From: an uncultured Candidatus Saccharibacteria bacterium | GTDB lineage: Bacteria > Patescibacteriota > Minisyncoccia > Minisyncoccales > GWA2-38-27 | DNA length: 39,345 nt | Assembly (NCBI GenBank): GCA_964408385.1 | Contig: CAYOZF010000001.1 | Location: 6,003-45,347, forward strand | Reading direction: 5' to 3' | Shown: positions 7,638 through 15,046 of the stretch, piece after piece | How the letters are laid out: every line of letters begins with the position of its first letter | Numbering within the stretch: the stretch's first letter is position 1 | Notes under the pieces: generated by a model | What the model saw: only the letters and a program-made list of their open reading frames with translations | Database searches by the model: none | What the model was told of the DNA's origin: nothing | Made by a program: the position numbers and the translations under genes

Positions 7638-8208
7638 GAAACTTATAAGTTAGAAAAAGTATTAGGAGGCACATTGTCGTTGCACGAAAAGAATAAACAA
7701 TTGCAAGGGTATTTTGTTTTTCTATCGCAGGATAGAGCGATAAAAACCCCCCTATGCTCCAGATTGTCCAACTCAGTTTTGATTCAGACGATCTCTTCGT
7801 GGAGAGTATGTTGTGTATGGTCGGGATATAGCCGATAATTATCAGAGTTTGAACCAATAGGTTCGTCTGAAATGAATTATCGGATATAATCCAAAACAAT
7901 ACACAGATAAATGCTCCTACCAAATAATACTTTTCGAAACTTTTGAAGCTTAGCTTTGATTTTTGGGAATAAACTAAGGTCACTGTCAGAATCATCAGGC
8001 ACAGAAAGAAATCAGTAATTCCATATGCTCCACTTACTAAATCAAACTTATTGGTAAGAAAAGATGATACATTCAGACCCGTGACTATTGAAAATATAAT
8101 CCAAGTTGATTTTGTAGGAACTACACTATTCTGTATAATTCCTTTTATATAACCTATATTCCCGCTAATCAAAATTAGAGACGCAATAACGGCGACATAA
8201 GCAGACAT
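7621..8208 (-). CDS. 7-TM membrane protein with an internal repeat, PQ-loop/SWEET-like transporter candidate
   Basis: 195 aa. Two related segments (IGYIKGIIQNSVVPTKSTWIIFSI and IGYIPTIHNILSTKRSSESKLSWTIWSI) sit in a 3+1+3 TM layout. Strong SD AAGGAGG upstream of the ATG. Confidence 0.45.
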   Translation of the reverse strand: MSAYVAVIASLILISGNIGYIKGIIQNSVVPTKSTWIIFSIVTGLNVSSFLTNKFDLVSGAYGITDFFLCLMILTVTLVYSQKSKLSFKSFEKYYLVGAFICVLFWIISDNSFQTNLLVQTLIIIGYIPTIHNILSTKRSSESKLSWTIWSIGGFLSLYPAIEKQNTLAIVYSFRATTMCLLILFLTYKFQKKPD

Positions 8209-8289
8209 TGGAAAACCTCCTTAAAATCAGTATTATCTTTCAGTTTTTAGTTTTTATATGGCAAATACGCATTTACCATTACTGTCTGT

Positions 8290-8317
8290 ATTATAGCACA
8301 CCCGTATAATTTGTCAA
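8290..8317 (-). promoter_or_regulatory. Consensus promoter TTGACA-16-TATAAT for 7621..8208
   Basis: -35 at 8312-8317 and -10 at 8290-8295 on the minus strand. It leaves an 80-nt or so 5' UTR. Confidence 0.65.
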
Positions 8318-8433
8318 TGTTTTGCGGTAATATGCACATATATATTGCACTTTTCAAAATAAAAGAGGGCTATTAACCTAATATGAGCTCCGAGGAACAG
8401 ACTATGTTAGAACCTATTTAGTGAATAGTTTTA

Positions 8434-8934
8434 TTAAAAATTATCAATAATTTTGATGTCTTGTCTGCCAATTATTTCTCTCTCCTTAAAAGCAAATTTT
8501 GCTTTTAATTTCTTGCCTTCTAGAATATGAGGTAGCCAAAACTTGTCGTCATCCCACATTTCCTCAAAGGGAATATTTGCTAACTTAAACCATTTGGGGG
8601 CCATTTCCTCTGTTTCAATTGGCTCACCTTCCCAAGTTCTAACAAGAAAAACATGGACATCTTGATCCCATTCTTTTCGTTCATCTTCGGAAATATACGG
8701 GAAACGAAAATTCAAAAGAGCAACTTTTTCTATTTTTTTAACCTTGACTCCAATTTCTTCATAGGTCTCACGAATAGCAGTAGCAACGATATTTCTGTCT
8801 CCTTTTTCTAAATCTAACTTACCACCAACGCCATTCCATCTACCTTTCCCAAAACCTCTTTTCTTCATAGCTAAAAGAATTTCTTTATCTTTCTGATTTT
8901 CTTTAATTAATAAACACAAAGTTGCTTGTTTCAT
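8434..8934 (-). CDS. NUDIX hydrolase (MutT-like)
   Basis: NUDIX box GGKLDLEKGDRNIVATAIRETYEEIGV (G-x5-E-x7-REUxEExGU). 166 aa. Confidence 0.85.
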   Translation of the reverse strand: MKQATLCLLIKENQKDKEILLAMKKRGFGKGRWNGVGGKLDLEKGDRNIVATAIRETYEEIGVKVKKIEKVALLNFRFPYISEDERKEWDQDVHVFLVRTWEGEPIETEEMAPKWFKLANIPFEEMWDDDKFWLPHILEGKKLKAKFAFKEREIIGRQDIKIIDNF

Positions 8935-8942
8935 ATTCTTCT

Positions 8943-8972
8943 ATTCTACCAAAAAATCGCCTTCTTGGCGAT
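8943..8972 (-). promoter_or_regulatory. Overlapping terminator hairpin (ATCGCC/GGCGAT plus U-tract) and promoter TCGCCA-17-TAGAAT, 8 nt from the NUDIX ATG
   Basis: Hairpin arms at 8956-8961 and 8967-8972, with a U-tract on the minus strand. -10 TAGAAT at 8943-8948. The -35 lies 1 nt from the end of repeat copy 2. Confidence 0.45.
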
Positions 8973-9050
8973 AAAAAGTTCTAACCGTCCTACTTGGGGT
9001 ATTAAATTTAAGTTCAATTTTAGCTGCTCCGGCAATAGGACTCGAACTTT
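8973..9050. repeat. Hairpin or MITE-like element, copy 2
   Basis: 8973-9030 is identical to 7427-7484. The divergent right half still pairs with the common half (GTCCTA/TAGGAC, AAAGTTC/GAACTTT). Confidence 0.8.
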
Positions 9051-9059
9051 CAGTAAAAA

Positions 9060-9773
9060 TCAATACCCAATAAACTCCCTTATCTTAGTTATAGGAATAG
9101 CAGTAACCCAGCCTTCTGAATCAATAGTATTCAATCCCAACAGCTCTCCTTTGATATTAAACAAAGCGCTCCCGGAAAGACTGTTTTTTTCAGAAATGCT
9201 GGTTCTGATGTATTCAGAAGTGAAAAACTTAACAATTCCCTCATTAACCAGTTTCAAAGACTCATTTTTATCAAATATCATTCCTAAAAGAAAAGCTCTC
9301 TGTCCTAGTCTTACTCCGCCAAAATCAGCAAAGCCCACTGTTGTTAAATCATTCTTTTCAAGCTTTATCAAAGCCAGGTTATTTTTTACATCCCTTTTCA
9401 GAATCTGCCAGTTAGGAGCCTGGCCGTTAACAATAAAAACAAAATCCCCTCCTTTGGGGATAAGCTCATTTAAAGTAATAATCAAGCCGTCTGAAGTAAC
9501 TACCAATCCTGAACCTGTTATTATCCCTTCTTCAGTCTCTGCTTTTATCCCGACAATTGACTTTTCTATCTTTTCAACTGCATCTTGAAGCGCGGTATTC
9601 TCTTCAATGGTAACCTCTTTAGTCTCAATAATAGAACTAGAACCTGCTACTAATTCATACTTCTCATACAAAGGCTTTTCTACTAGATAAGGCCAGAGAA
9701 TCTGGTCAGCGAAAATCCCTCCAGCCATACCGAAGATAAACACAATAGCCAACTTGAGAATATTCTTATACAT
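9060..9773 (-). CDS. Trypsin-like (S1C/HtrA-family) protein with a degenerate catalytic triad and no PDZ domain
   Basis: 237 aa with an N-terminal TM helix. It aligns with the active HtrA in this window: TNKHVV becomes TLNELI, DIAIIKI becomes NLALIKL, GNSGGPL becomes SLSGSAL. The start overlaps the clpB stop (ATGTATAA). Confidence 0.7.
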   Translation of the reverse strand: MYKNILKLAIVFIFGMAGGIFADQILWPYLVEKPLYEKYELVAGSSSIIETKEVTIEENTALQDAVEKIEKSIVGIKAETEEGIITGSGLVVTSDGLIITLNELIPKGGDFVFIVNGQAPNWQILKRDVKNNLALIKLEKNDLTTVGFADFGGVRLGQRAFLLGMIFDKNESLKLVNEGIVKFFTSEYIRTSISEKNSLSGSALFNIKGELLGLNTIDSEGWVTAIPITKIREFIGY

Positions 9774-12441
9774 GATCTAAAGCCTCCTGCTTAAACCTTA
9801 TTAAATTCTTAGAGCTTTTTATTACAATCTCATTATTATCAACATCAATCATAACCCCATGGTCTTGCTTAATCAAGCCAGAAACAATATTTAAAGCCAA
9901 AGGATTAAGAACCCTTCTCTGAATAACTCTTTTCAAGGGCCTGGCTCCCAAGTTGGGGTCAAACCCTTTTTCAGCCAAAAAGTCTCTGGCTTTCTCTGAA
10001 AATCTAATCCTAATATCCTTGTCTATAAGGCGGGAAGCAACCTTTTCCAGCTCAAGATCAACTATTTTCCTTATCTCTTTCCTGCCCAAGTAATTAAAAA
10101 TAACAATCTCATCAACCCTGTTTAAAAACTCAGGCCTAAAATCCTCTTTCAAAGCTTCCATTACTTTATCTTTTAATGAGTTCTTTTCCTCTCCCTGTTT
10201 TAAGAACCCCATGGAACCCATTTGGGCAATGTATTCAGACCCAATATTGGAAGTCATAATCAGAATAGTGTTTTTAAAAGAAGCAGTCCTGCCCTTAGCA
10301 TCTGTTAATCTGCCGTCTTCTAGTATCTGCAGTAATATATTAAAGACTTCAGGATGGGCTTTCTCAATCTCATCCAAAAGAATAACGCTATACGGCCTTC
10401 TCCTGATCTTATCAGTCAACTGGCCTCCTTCTTCATAGCCGACATAGCCAGGAGGAGAACCGATCATCTTGGAAACAGTGTGCTTCTCCATATATTCAGA
10501 CATATCCAGTCTTATTAAAGCATTCTCGTCATTGAACAAAAACCCAGCCACAGCCCGGGCAGTTTCTGTCTTCCCTACTCCAGTCGGACCCAGGAACATA
10601 AAAGAACCTAGAGGCCTGTTCTCTTCAGAAATCCCAGCCCGAGACCGACGGATAGCATTGGAGATAGCCACAATTGCTTCTTTCTGGCCAATTACCCTCT
10701 TAGAGACTATCTCTTCCATCTTTTCCAACTTCTTAGCCTCTTCCTCTATTAATCTGGTTACTGGAATTCCAGTCCACTTGGAAACAACTAAGGCTACGTC
10801 TTCCTCTTCTATTTCTTCTTTTAAAATCTGCTCTTTTTTCTGAATCTTAACCAAATCCTTTTCTGCCTGCTTTATCTTTTTCAAAAGTTCGGGAATCTTG
10901 CCGTATTTAATCTCAGCCACTTTCTGCAAATCAGCTTCTCTTTGAGCAGATTCTTCCTGAAAATTAAGCGAATCTATTTCTTTTTTAAACCCCTTTATTT
11001 TCTGGATTAACTCTTTTTCTATTTTCCATTGAAGCTCAAAAGCCTTAGCCTTCTCTTTCAAGTCGGCCAAGGAGCGGTTAATAGCTTTTAATCTTTTGTC
11101 TTCTTTTTTCACTGTCTTCTTTTCTATTTCCAGCTTCTGGATTTCTTTTCTCAAATTATCAAGCTGGGCTGGTTCAGACTCAATCTCCAGCCTTAAGCTG
11201 GACATTGCCTCATCCATTAAATCAACTGCTTTGTCAGGAAGAAAACGGTCTGAAATATATCTGGAAGCTAATTCAGCAGCAGCTACTAAAGCAGAATCAT
11301 TAATTCTCAAGCCGTGATGAACTTCATATTTCTCTTTAATACCTCTTAAAATAGTAATAGCATCTTCAACCGAAGGCTCCTGAACATAAATAGGCTGGAA
11401 TCTTCTTTCCAAAGCTGCGTCTCTTTCAATGTATTTCTGGTATTCCTTTAAAGTAGTAGCCCCTATAGCTCTTAACTCTCCTCTGGCCAAAGCCGGCTTT
11501 AAAAGATTAGAAGCATCAATAGCTCCTTCAGCTGCTCCAGCCCCAACTAAAGTATGAAGCTCATCAATAAAAAGAATGTATCTGCCGTCTGCTCTGTTAA
11601 TTTCTTTTAATAAAGCCCTAATTCTGTTCTCAAATTCTCCCCTGTATTTTGTCCCAGCCACCATTGCTCCTAAATCCAGAGCAATAATTTCTTTATCCTC
11701 CAGGCTTTCCGGAACATCAGCTCTGATAATTTTCTGAGCCAGTCCTTCAACAATAGCTGTTTTCCCTACCCCAGCTTCTCCAATCAGAACAGGGTTATTC
11801 TTTGTTCTCCTGGAAAGAACCTGCATCAATCTTCTAATCTCATCTTTCCTGCCAATAACCGGGTCTAATTTGCCTTGTTTGGCTAAAGTAGTAAGGTTTC
11901 TGGCATATTTCTCAACAACCTGGTACTTAGATTCAGGCTCAGGATCAGTTATCCTTGTTCCTCCCCTAATCTGGGATAAAACCTCTGAGGCCGTGTTGTA
12001 GTCAAGTTTTCCAAACTCTACAGTAGCGCTCCCTGATTTTAAAAAAGGAGCTTTGTCTAAAATCTCTTTAGCCCTGGTTTCCTGATCAAGCAATCCTAAA
12101 AACAAATGCTCTACAGAAATAAACTCGTCTCCCATTTTCATTGCCTCCTGCCTGGCTTTTTCCAAAACTTTAGCCATATCCTGGGTAAGATAAAACTGGC
12201 CGAAACTCTTGGGAGTAACAATATTAGGAATAGTATTAAGGCCGGATTCAGCCTTTTTCCTTAAACCGTCTACATCAGTTCCTATTTTTCTAAGCAATGT
12301 TAAAACCACGCTTTCCTCCTGAGAAAGCAAAGATAAAAGCAAATGCAAAGCATCAATCTGCTGCTGCCCTTTTTGCTGGGCAATAGATTGGGCTTTTAAT
12401 ATAGCCTCCTGGGCTTTATGAGTAAAATTCGCACCATTCAT
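9766..12441 (-). CDS. clpB: ClpB disaggregase (AAA+, two nucleotide-binding domains plus a middle coiled coil)
   Basis: Walker [16 protein letters not shown] and [15 protein letters not shown], Clp N-domain, and a long coiled-coil insert. I place the start at the ATG at 12441 ([11 protein letters not shown]). The track extension to 12477 overlaps a terminator and a promoter. Confidence 0.9.
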   Translation of the reverse strand: MNGANFTHKAQEAILKAQSIAQQKGQQQIDALHLLLSLLSQEESVVLTLLRKIGTDVDGLRKKAESGLNTIPNIVTPKSFGQFYLTQDMAKVLEKARQEAMKMGDEFISVEHLFLGLLDQETRAKEILDKAPFLKSGSATVEFGKLDYNTASEVLSQIRGGTRITDPEPESKYQVVEKYARNLTTLAKQGKLDPVIGRKDEIRRLMQVLSRRTKNNPVLIGEAGVGKTAIVEGLAQKIIRADVPESLEDKEIIALDLGAMVAGTKYRGEFENRIRALLKEINRADGRYILFIDELHTLVGAGAAEGAIDASNLLKPALARGELRAIGATTLKEYQKYIERDAALERRFQPIYVQEPSVEDAITILRGIKEKYEVHHGLRINDSALVAAAELASRYISDRFLPDKAVDLMDEAMSSLRLEIESEPAQLDNLRKEIQKLEIEKKTVKKEDKRLKAINRSLADLKEKAKAFELQWKIEKELIQKIKGFKKEIDSLNFQEESAQREADLQKVAEIKYGKIPELLKKIKQAEKDLVKIQKKEQILKEEIEEEDVALVVSKWTGIPVTRLIEEEAKKLEKMEEIVSKRVIGQKEAIVAISNAIRRSRAGISEENRPLGSFMFLGPTGVGKTETARAVAGFLFNDENALIRLDMSEYMEKHTVSKMIGSPPGYVGYEEGGQLTDKIRRRPYSVILLDEIEKAHPEVFNILLQILEDGRLTDAKGRTASFKNTILIMTSNIGSEYIAQMGSMGFLKQGEEKNSLKDKVMEALKEDFRPEFLNRVDEIVIFNYLGRKEIRKIVDLELEKVASRLIDKDIRIRFSEKARDFLAEKGFDPNLGARPLKRVIQRRVLNPLALNIVSGLIKQDHGVMIDVDNNEIVIKSSKNLIRFKQEALDHV

Positions 12442-12448
12442 ATACTTT

Positions 12449-12477
12449 TTTCTACCATAAAACATATATAAAATCAA
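12449..12477 (-). promoter_or_regulatory. Promoter TTGATT-17-TAGAAA, 7 nt upstream of the clpB ATG (leaderless geometry)
   Basis: -35 at 12472-12477 and -10 at 12449-12454 on the minus strand. Confidence 0.5.
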
Positions 12478-12478
12478 G

Positions 12479-12504
12479 AAAAAAGGCGATTTTAAGCAAT
12501 CGCC
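12479..12504 (-). terminator. Intrinsic terminator overlapping the end of the Cys-rich ORF
   Basis: GGCGATT (12485-12491) pairs with AATCGCC (12498-12504), followed by TTTTTT on the minus strand. Confidence 0.6.
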
Positions 12505-12722
12505 ATTTTTTTACTACGGAAAGGACATAATCCTTCTACGTTTCCAGAAATACAACAGGTCGGACATTTTTCACCCTTACAAAAGGGGTTTTCTTTGATA
12601 CCCTTGCAGGTTGGACAAAAACCAGTCCCTTCACAATCATTACAACGACAATCCTTTTGATTGTTTTTTTTAGGGTAGTCAAAACTACACCAACGCATAT
12701 AATCTGAACTACGGATATTCAT
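12492..12722 (-). CDS. Cys-rich miniprotein with DnaJ CR-type zinc-finger motifs
   Basis: 76 aa with 11 Cys. Motifs CNDCEGTG (CxxCxGxG), CPTCKGIK and CPTCCISG. SD AAGGAG lies 8 nt upstream of the ATG. Confidence 0.65.
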   Translation of the reverse strand: MNIRSSDYMRWCSFDYPKKNNQKDCRCNDCEGTGFCPTCKGIKENPFCKGEKCPTCCISGNVEGLCPFRSKKMAIA

Positions 12723-12754
12723 TTCAATTCTCCTTAATATATGTTTTGAAAGAA

Positions 12755-12779
12755 CAAAAAACCCTTTTTAAGAAAAGGG
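12755..12779 (-). terminator. Intrinsic terminator or attenuator hairpin in the leader of the Cys-rich gene
   Basis: CCCTTTT-CTTA-AAAAGGG followed by TTTTTTG on the minus strand, about 30 nt upstream of the SD. Confidence 0.55.
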
Positions 12780-12944
12780 CTAATTTGAAAAAGTATATTT
12801 ATTAATTCAAACTAACCCTTTTCCTAAAAAAGGTAAAAAAGAAGAAAAACTGGTTAGTTCTATTTGTCATATATTTTTATAAAAATATCCTTAAAAACTT
12901 GTTTTTATATATTTCTTTTTAACAAAATCAAAATATCTTGTCAA

Positions 12945-14195
12945 TTACTCCGTTCTCTCATCAAAGATAATTTTAACTTCTATCTCATTATTATCTTTTA
13001 ATACTTTTAAAACTGCTTCATCTCCAGGATTATACTCCATGATAATCTCGGCTAAAGTATTGTCTATAGTAATCTTCTTATTATTAAGTTCTAAAACAAT
13101 ATCTCCTTCTTTTAGGCTCGCTTTATCAGCCGGAGAACTAGGGGTAACGGCTGGTCCTTCAGAACCACCGTCAATAATCAAGGCCCCGTAATCAACAGAT
13201 AGCCCATACTCTTCTTTGACTTTTTCATTGACCAAAACATAGCGAATTCCTATAAAAGGATAAACAATCCTGCCTATTGTCTGAATCTGCTCAATATCTC
13301 TCTTGGCCTTGTTAATCGGAATAGCAAAGCCAATACTCTGGGCGTCATTAGCTATAGCTGTATTTATTCCAATTACTTCTCCTTTTAGATTAAGAAGAGG
13401 CCCTCCAGAATTCCCCTTGTTAATAGCTGCGTCTGTCTGAATAACATCTTCCAGAACTTCAACAAAAGTCTCTCCTGAAGCAGTAATAGTTCTGCTTAAA
13501 CCGGAAATAACTCCAGAAGAAACAGTGTTCCTGAATTCAGCTAAAGCATTGCCAATAGCGATTACAGTCTGGCCTGTCTGAAGATTATCAGAATCTCCAA
13601 GCTCTAAAACAGGAAACTCTATAAAAACAGCATTCCCTTCCTCGTCTATATTATTTTCCTGTTCAATCTTGATTATAGCAATATCCTGATAAGGATCCTT
13701 GGCTAAAACCTTGGCTGGGAACTTCTTCCCGTCATTAGTAAAAACAGTATAATCGGCCTTATCATCTAAAACTACGTGCTTATTAGTTAGAATTAAGCCT
13801 TCTTTAGAAACAATAAACCCAGTTCCTCCTCCTACGTCTACCTTTTCTGTTCCTTTCTGGCGGTACTGGGGAGTAATGCCAAAAGGCCCTATTTCCAGAT
13901 ACTGCTCTAAAATAGGAACATCTTTGCTAATAACAATACTGACCACTGCTGGAGAAGCATCTTCAACTGCTTTAATTACAGCTGTTTCCTGGTCAGCCTG
14001 GGGAGAGTTATCAATAGCAGCTAAATCATTCAAACGTTCAGCAATCCTGTAATAAACAACGCTGCTGGAAATAGCTCCAGCTATAAAACCAGAAACCAAG
14101 GAAAGAGAAATAAGTAAAACAATCAGCTTAGAACCATTATTTCTTTTCTTGCTCTTATAAGAAATATTAATTTTAGGCAGATTATATAATTCCAT
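12945..14195 (-). CDS. htrA: HtrA/DegP-family serine protease with one PDZ domain
   Basis: Intact triad context: LTNKHVV (His), DIAIIKI (Asp), GNSGGPLLN (Ser). C-terminal PDZ-like SPADKASLKEGDIVLELNNKKI. N-terminal TM helix. Confidence 0.9.
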   Translation of the reverse strand: MELYNLPKINISYKSKKRNNGSKLIVLLISLSLVSGFIAGAISSSVVYYRIAERLNDLAAIDNSPQADQETAVIKAVEDASPAVVSIVISKDVPILEQYLEIGPFGITPQYRQKGTEKVDVGGGTGFIVSKEGLILTNKHVVLDDKADYTVFTNDGKKFPAKVLAKDPYQDIAIIKIEQENNIDEEGNAVFIEFPVLELGDSDNLQTGQTVIAIGNALAEFRNTVSSGVISGLSRTITASGETFVEVLEDVIQTDAAINKGNSGGPLLNLKGEVIGINTAIANDAQSIGFAIPINKAKRDIEQIQTIGRIVYPFIGIRYVLVNEKVKEEYGLSVDYGALIIDGGSEGPAVTPSSPADKASLKEGDIVLELNNKKITIDNTLAEIIMEYNPGDEAVLKVLKDNNEIEVKIIFDERTE

Positions 14196-14203
14196 ATATC
14201 TTT

Positions 14204-14231
14204 ATTATAACTATTTCTTTTTCTTTTTCAA
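14204..14231 (-). promoter_or_regulatory. Promoter TTGAAA-16-TATAAT, 8 nt upstream of the htrA ATG
   Basis: -10 at 14204-14209 and -35 at 14226-14231, inside the 3' end of the GT2 gene. There is no SD. Confidence 0.45.
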
Positions 14232-14921
14232 ATGCTCAAACCCGTACTTAAATATATCTGACTTAACCGGACCGATAAAAATCATATGGCCTTCACATAA
14301 CAAATACTTGGAATAAGTCTTTAGCCAACCTTCTTTCTTGAATCTTCTGTCTGAAACATAAACCTTAGAAGACTTTAATATCCCGTACTTGCCCAGCTTG
14401 CCTGCTCTTCTAGCTAAGTCATGGTCTTCAGCTAATTTAATCTTTTCATCAAAACCTCCTAACTTATTGAAAAGCTTTTTATCTATCAAAATAGCCATAG
14501 CAGCATGAGGCAGTATCTTTTCAAAAAAGAAGATGGGCAGATTATAGAAAAAAGAAAAGAAGAATGTAGATAATTTATCTTTTTCAGAAGGAAGCAAGAA
14601 AAAAGTAGCTATTTTAAGTTTTCTTTTTTTAAACTCTTTCAAAGCTCTTTTAAAAATCTTTTCCGGCAAAATAACATCAGCGTCTAAGAAAAGAAGTAAA
14701 TCCCCTTTAGCTGTTTTAGCTCCCTTATTCCTGGCTTGGGCTGGGATTCCTCCAGGAACAATCCTGCATTTATACTTCTTGGCAATTTCCAATGTCTTAT
14801 CCTTGGAACTGTAATCAGCCACGATTACCTCATAATCTTTAAAGTTCTGCTTTTTAATTGAATCAAGCAGCAAAGGAAGATGCTTTTCTTCATTTAAGGT
14901 TGGGATAATTATTGACAGCAT
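14211..14921 (-). CDS. Family 2 glycosyltransferase
   Basis: LSIIIPTLNEEKHLPLLLDSI ... FLDADV (DxD) is a typical GT-A/GT2 N-terminus. 236 aa. Confidence 0.8.
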   Translation of the reverse strand: MLSIIIPTLNEEKHLPLLLDSIKKQNFKDYEVIVADYSSKDKTLEIAKKYKCRIVPGGIPAQARNKGAKTAKGDLLLFLDADVILPEKIFKRALKEFKKRKLKIATFFLLPSEKDKLSTFFFSFFYNLPIFFFEKILPHAAMAILIDKKLFNKLGGFDEKIKLAEDHDLARRAGKLGKYGILKSSKVYVSDRRFKKEGWLKTYSKYLLCEGHMIFIGPVKSDIFKYGFEHLKKKKK

Positions 14922-14930
14922 AGTATGATT

Positions 14931-15046
14931 TTGCTAAGATAAAAATAGCAGTTTTAATATTTTATTAGGAAGCTTCCGGTGCAAACCGGATTTTCATCAC
15001 TTCTCCAAAGTGGAGCCAAACTCTTCTTATAGAGTTTGGCTTTTTT
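14931..15046 (+). ncRNA. Candidate plus-strand small RNA (about 80 nt) between two minus-strand genes
   Basis: Promoter TTGCTA-18-TAATAT (14931-14960). Three hairpins follow: TCCGGT-GCAA-ACCGGA (14975-14990), CTCCA-AAG-TGGAG (15003-15015), and GCCAAACTC/GAGTTTGGC (15015-15040). The last is followed by TTTTTT. Confidence 0.3.

Noticed and set aside
8209-8289. The 5' UTR of the 7-TM transporter gene has a hairpin (GGTAAAT-GCGT-ATTTGCC) followed by ATATAAAAACTAAAAAC. The A-rich stretch recalls the tail of preQ1-I riboswitches.
   Set aside because: The hairpin loop is only 4 nt. It lacks the conserved loop residues and the UAG needed to pair with the CUA tail, so it does not fit the preQ1-I pseudoknot as I remember it. 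A proper Rfam scan could revisit this.
9031-9050. tRNA-like T-loop sequence (GTTCGAGTCC on the minus strand) next to repeat copy 2, suggesting a tRNA gene or a tRNA-derived att site.
   Set aside because: I could not build a T-stem, acceptor stem or cloverleaf around it. Only the 10-mer matches, so at most it is a decayed fragment. It is noted under the repeat finding as one hypothesis only.
8926-9588. Plus-strand 220-aa ORF. The long antisense ORFs at 10469..10843, 23185..23601, 25591..26028 and 26660..26974 are similar.
   Set aside because: Each is antisense to a gene with clear family signatures (HtrA-like, ClpB, FtsZ, YqeY, HisS). Their composition is Ser/Phe/Leu-rich, typical of shadow frames in AT-rich DNA. 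The 8926 ORF also reads through a repeat and a terminator.
12442-12477. N-terminal extension of ClpB in the ORF track (MILYMFYGRKKY). Upstream TTG or ATG extensions for lepB (28619), ftsA (25234), nrdG (20884), iorB (36267), the hotdog gene (30016) and the 681-aa gene (5793) are similar.
   Set aside because: The extensions overlap terminators, -35/-10 boxes or the preceding gene. The internal ATGs give canonical family N-termini or ATGA stop-start overlaps.
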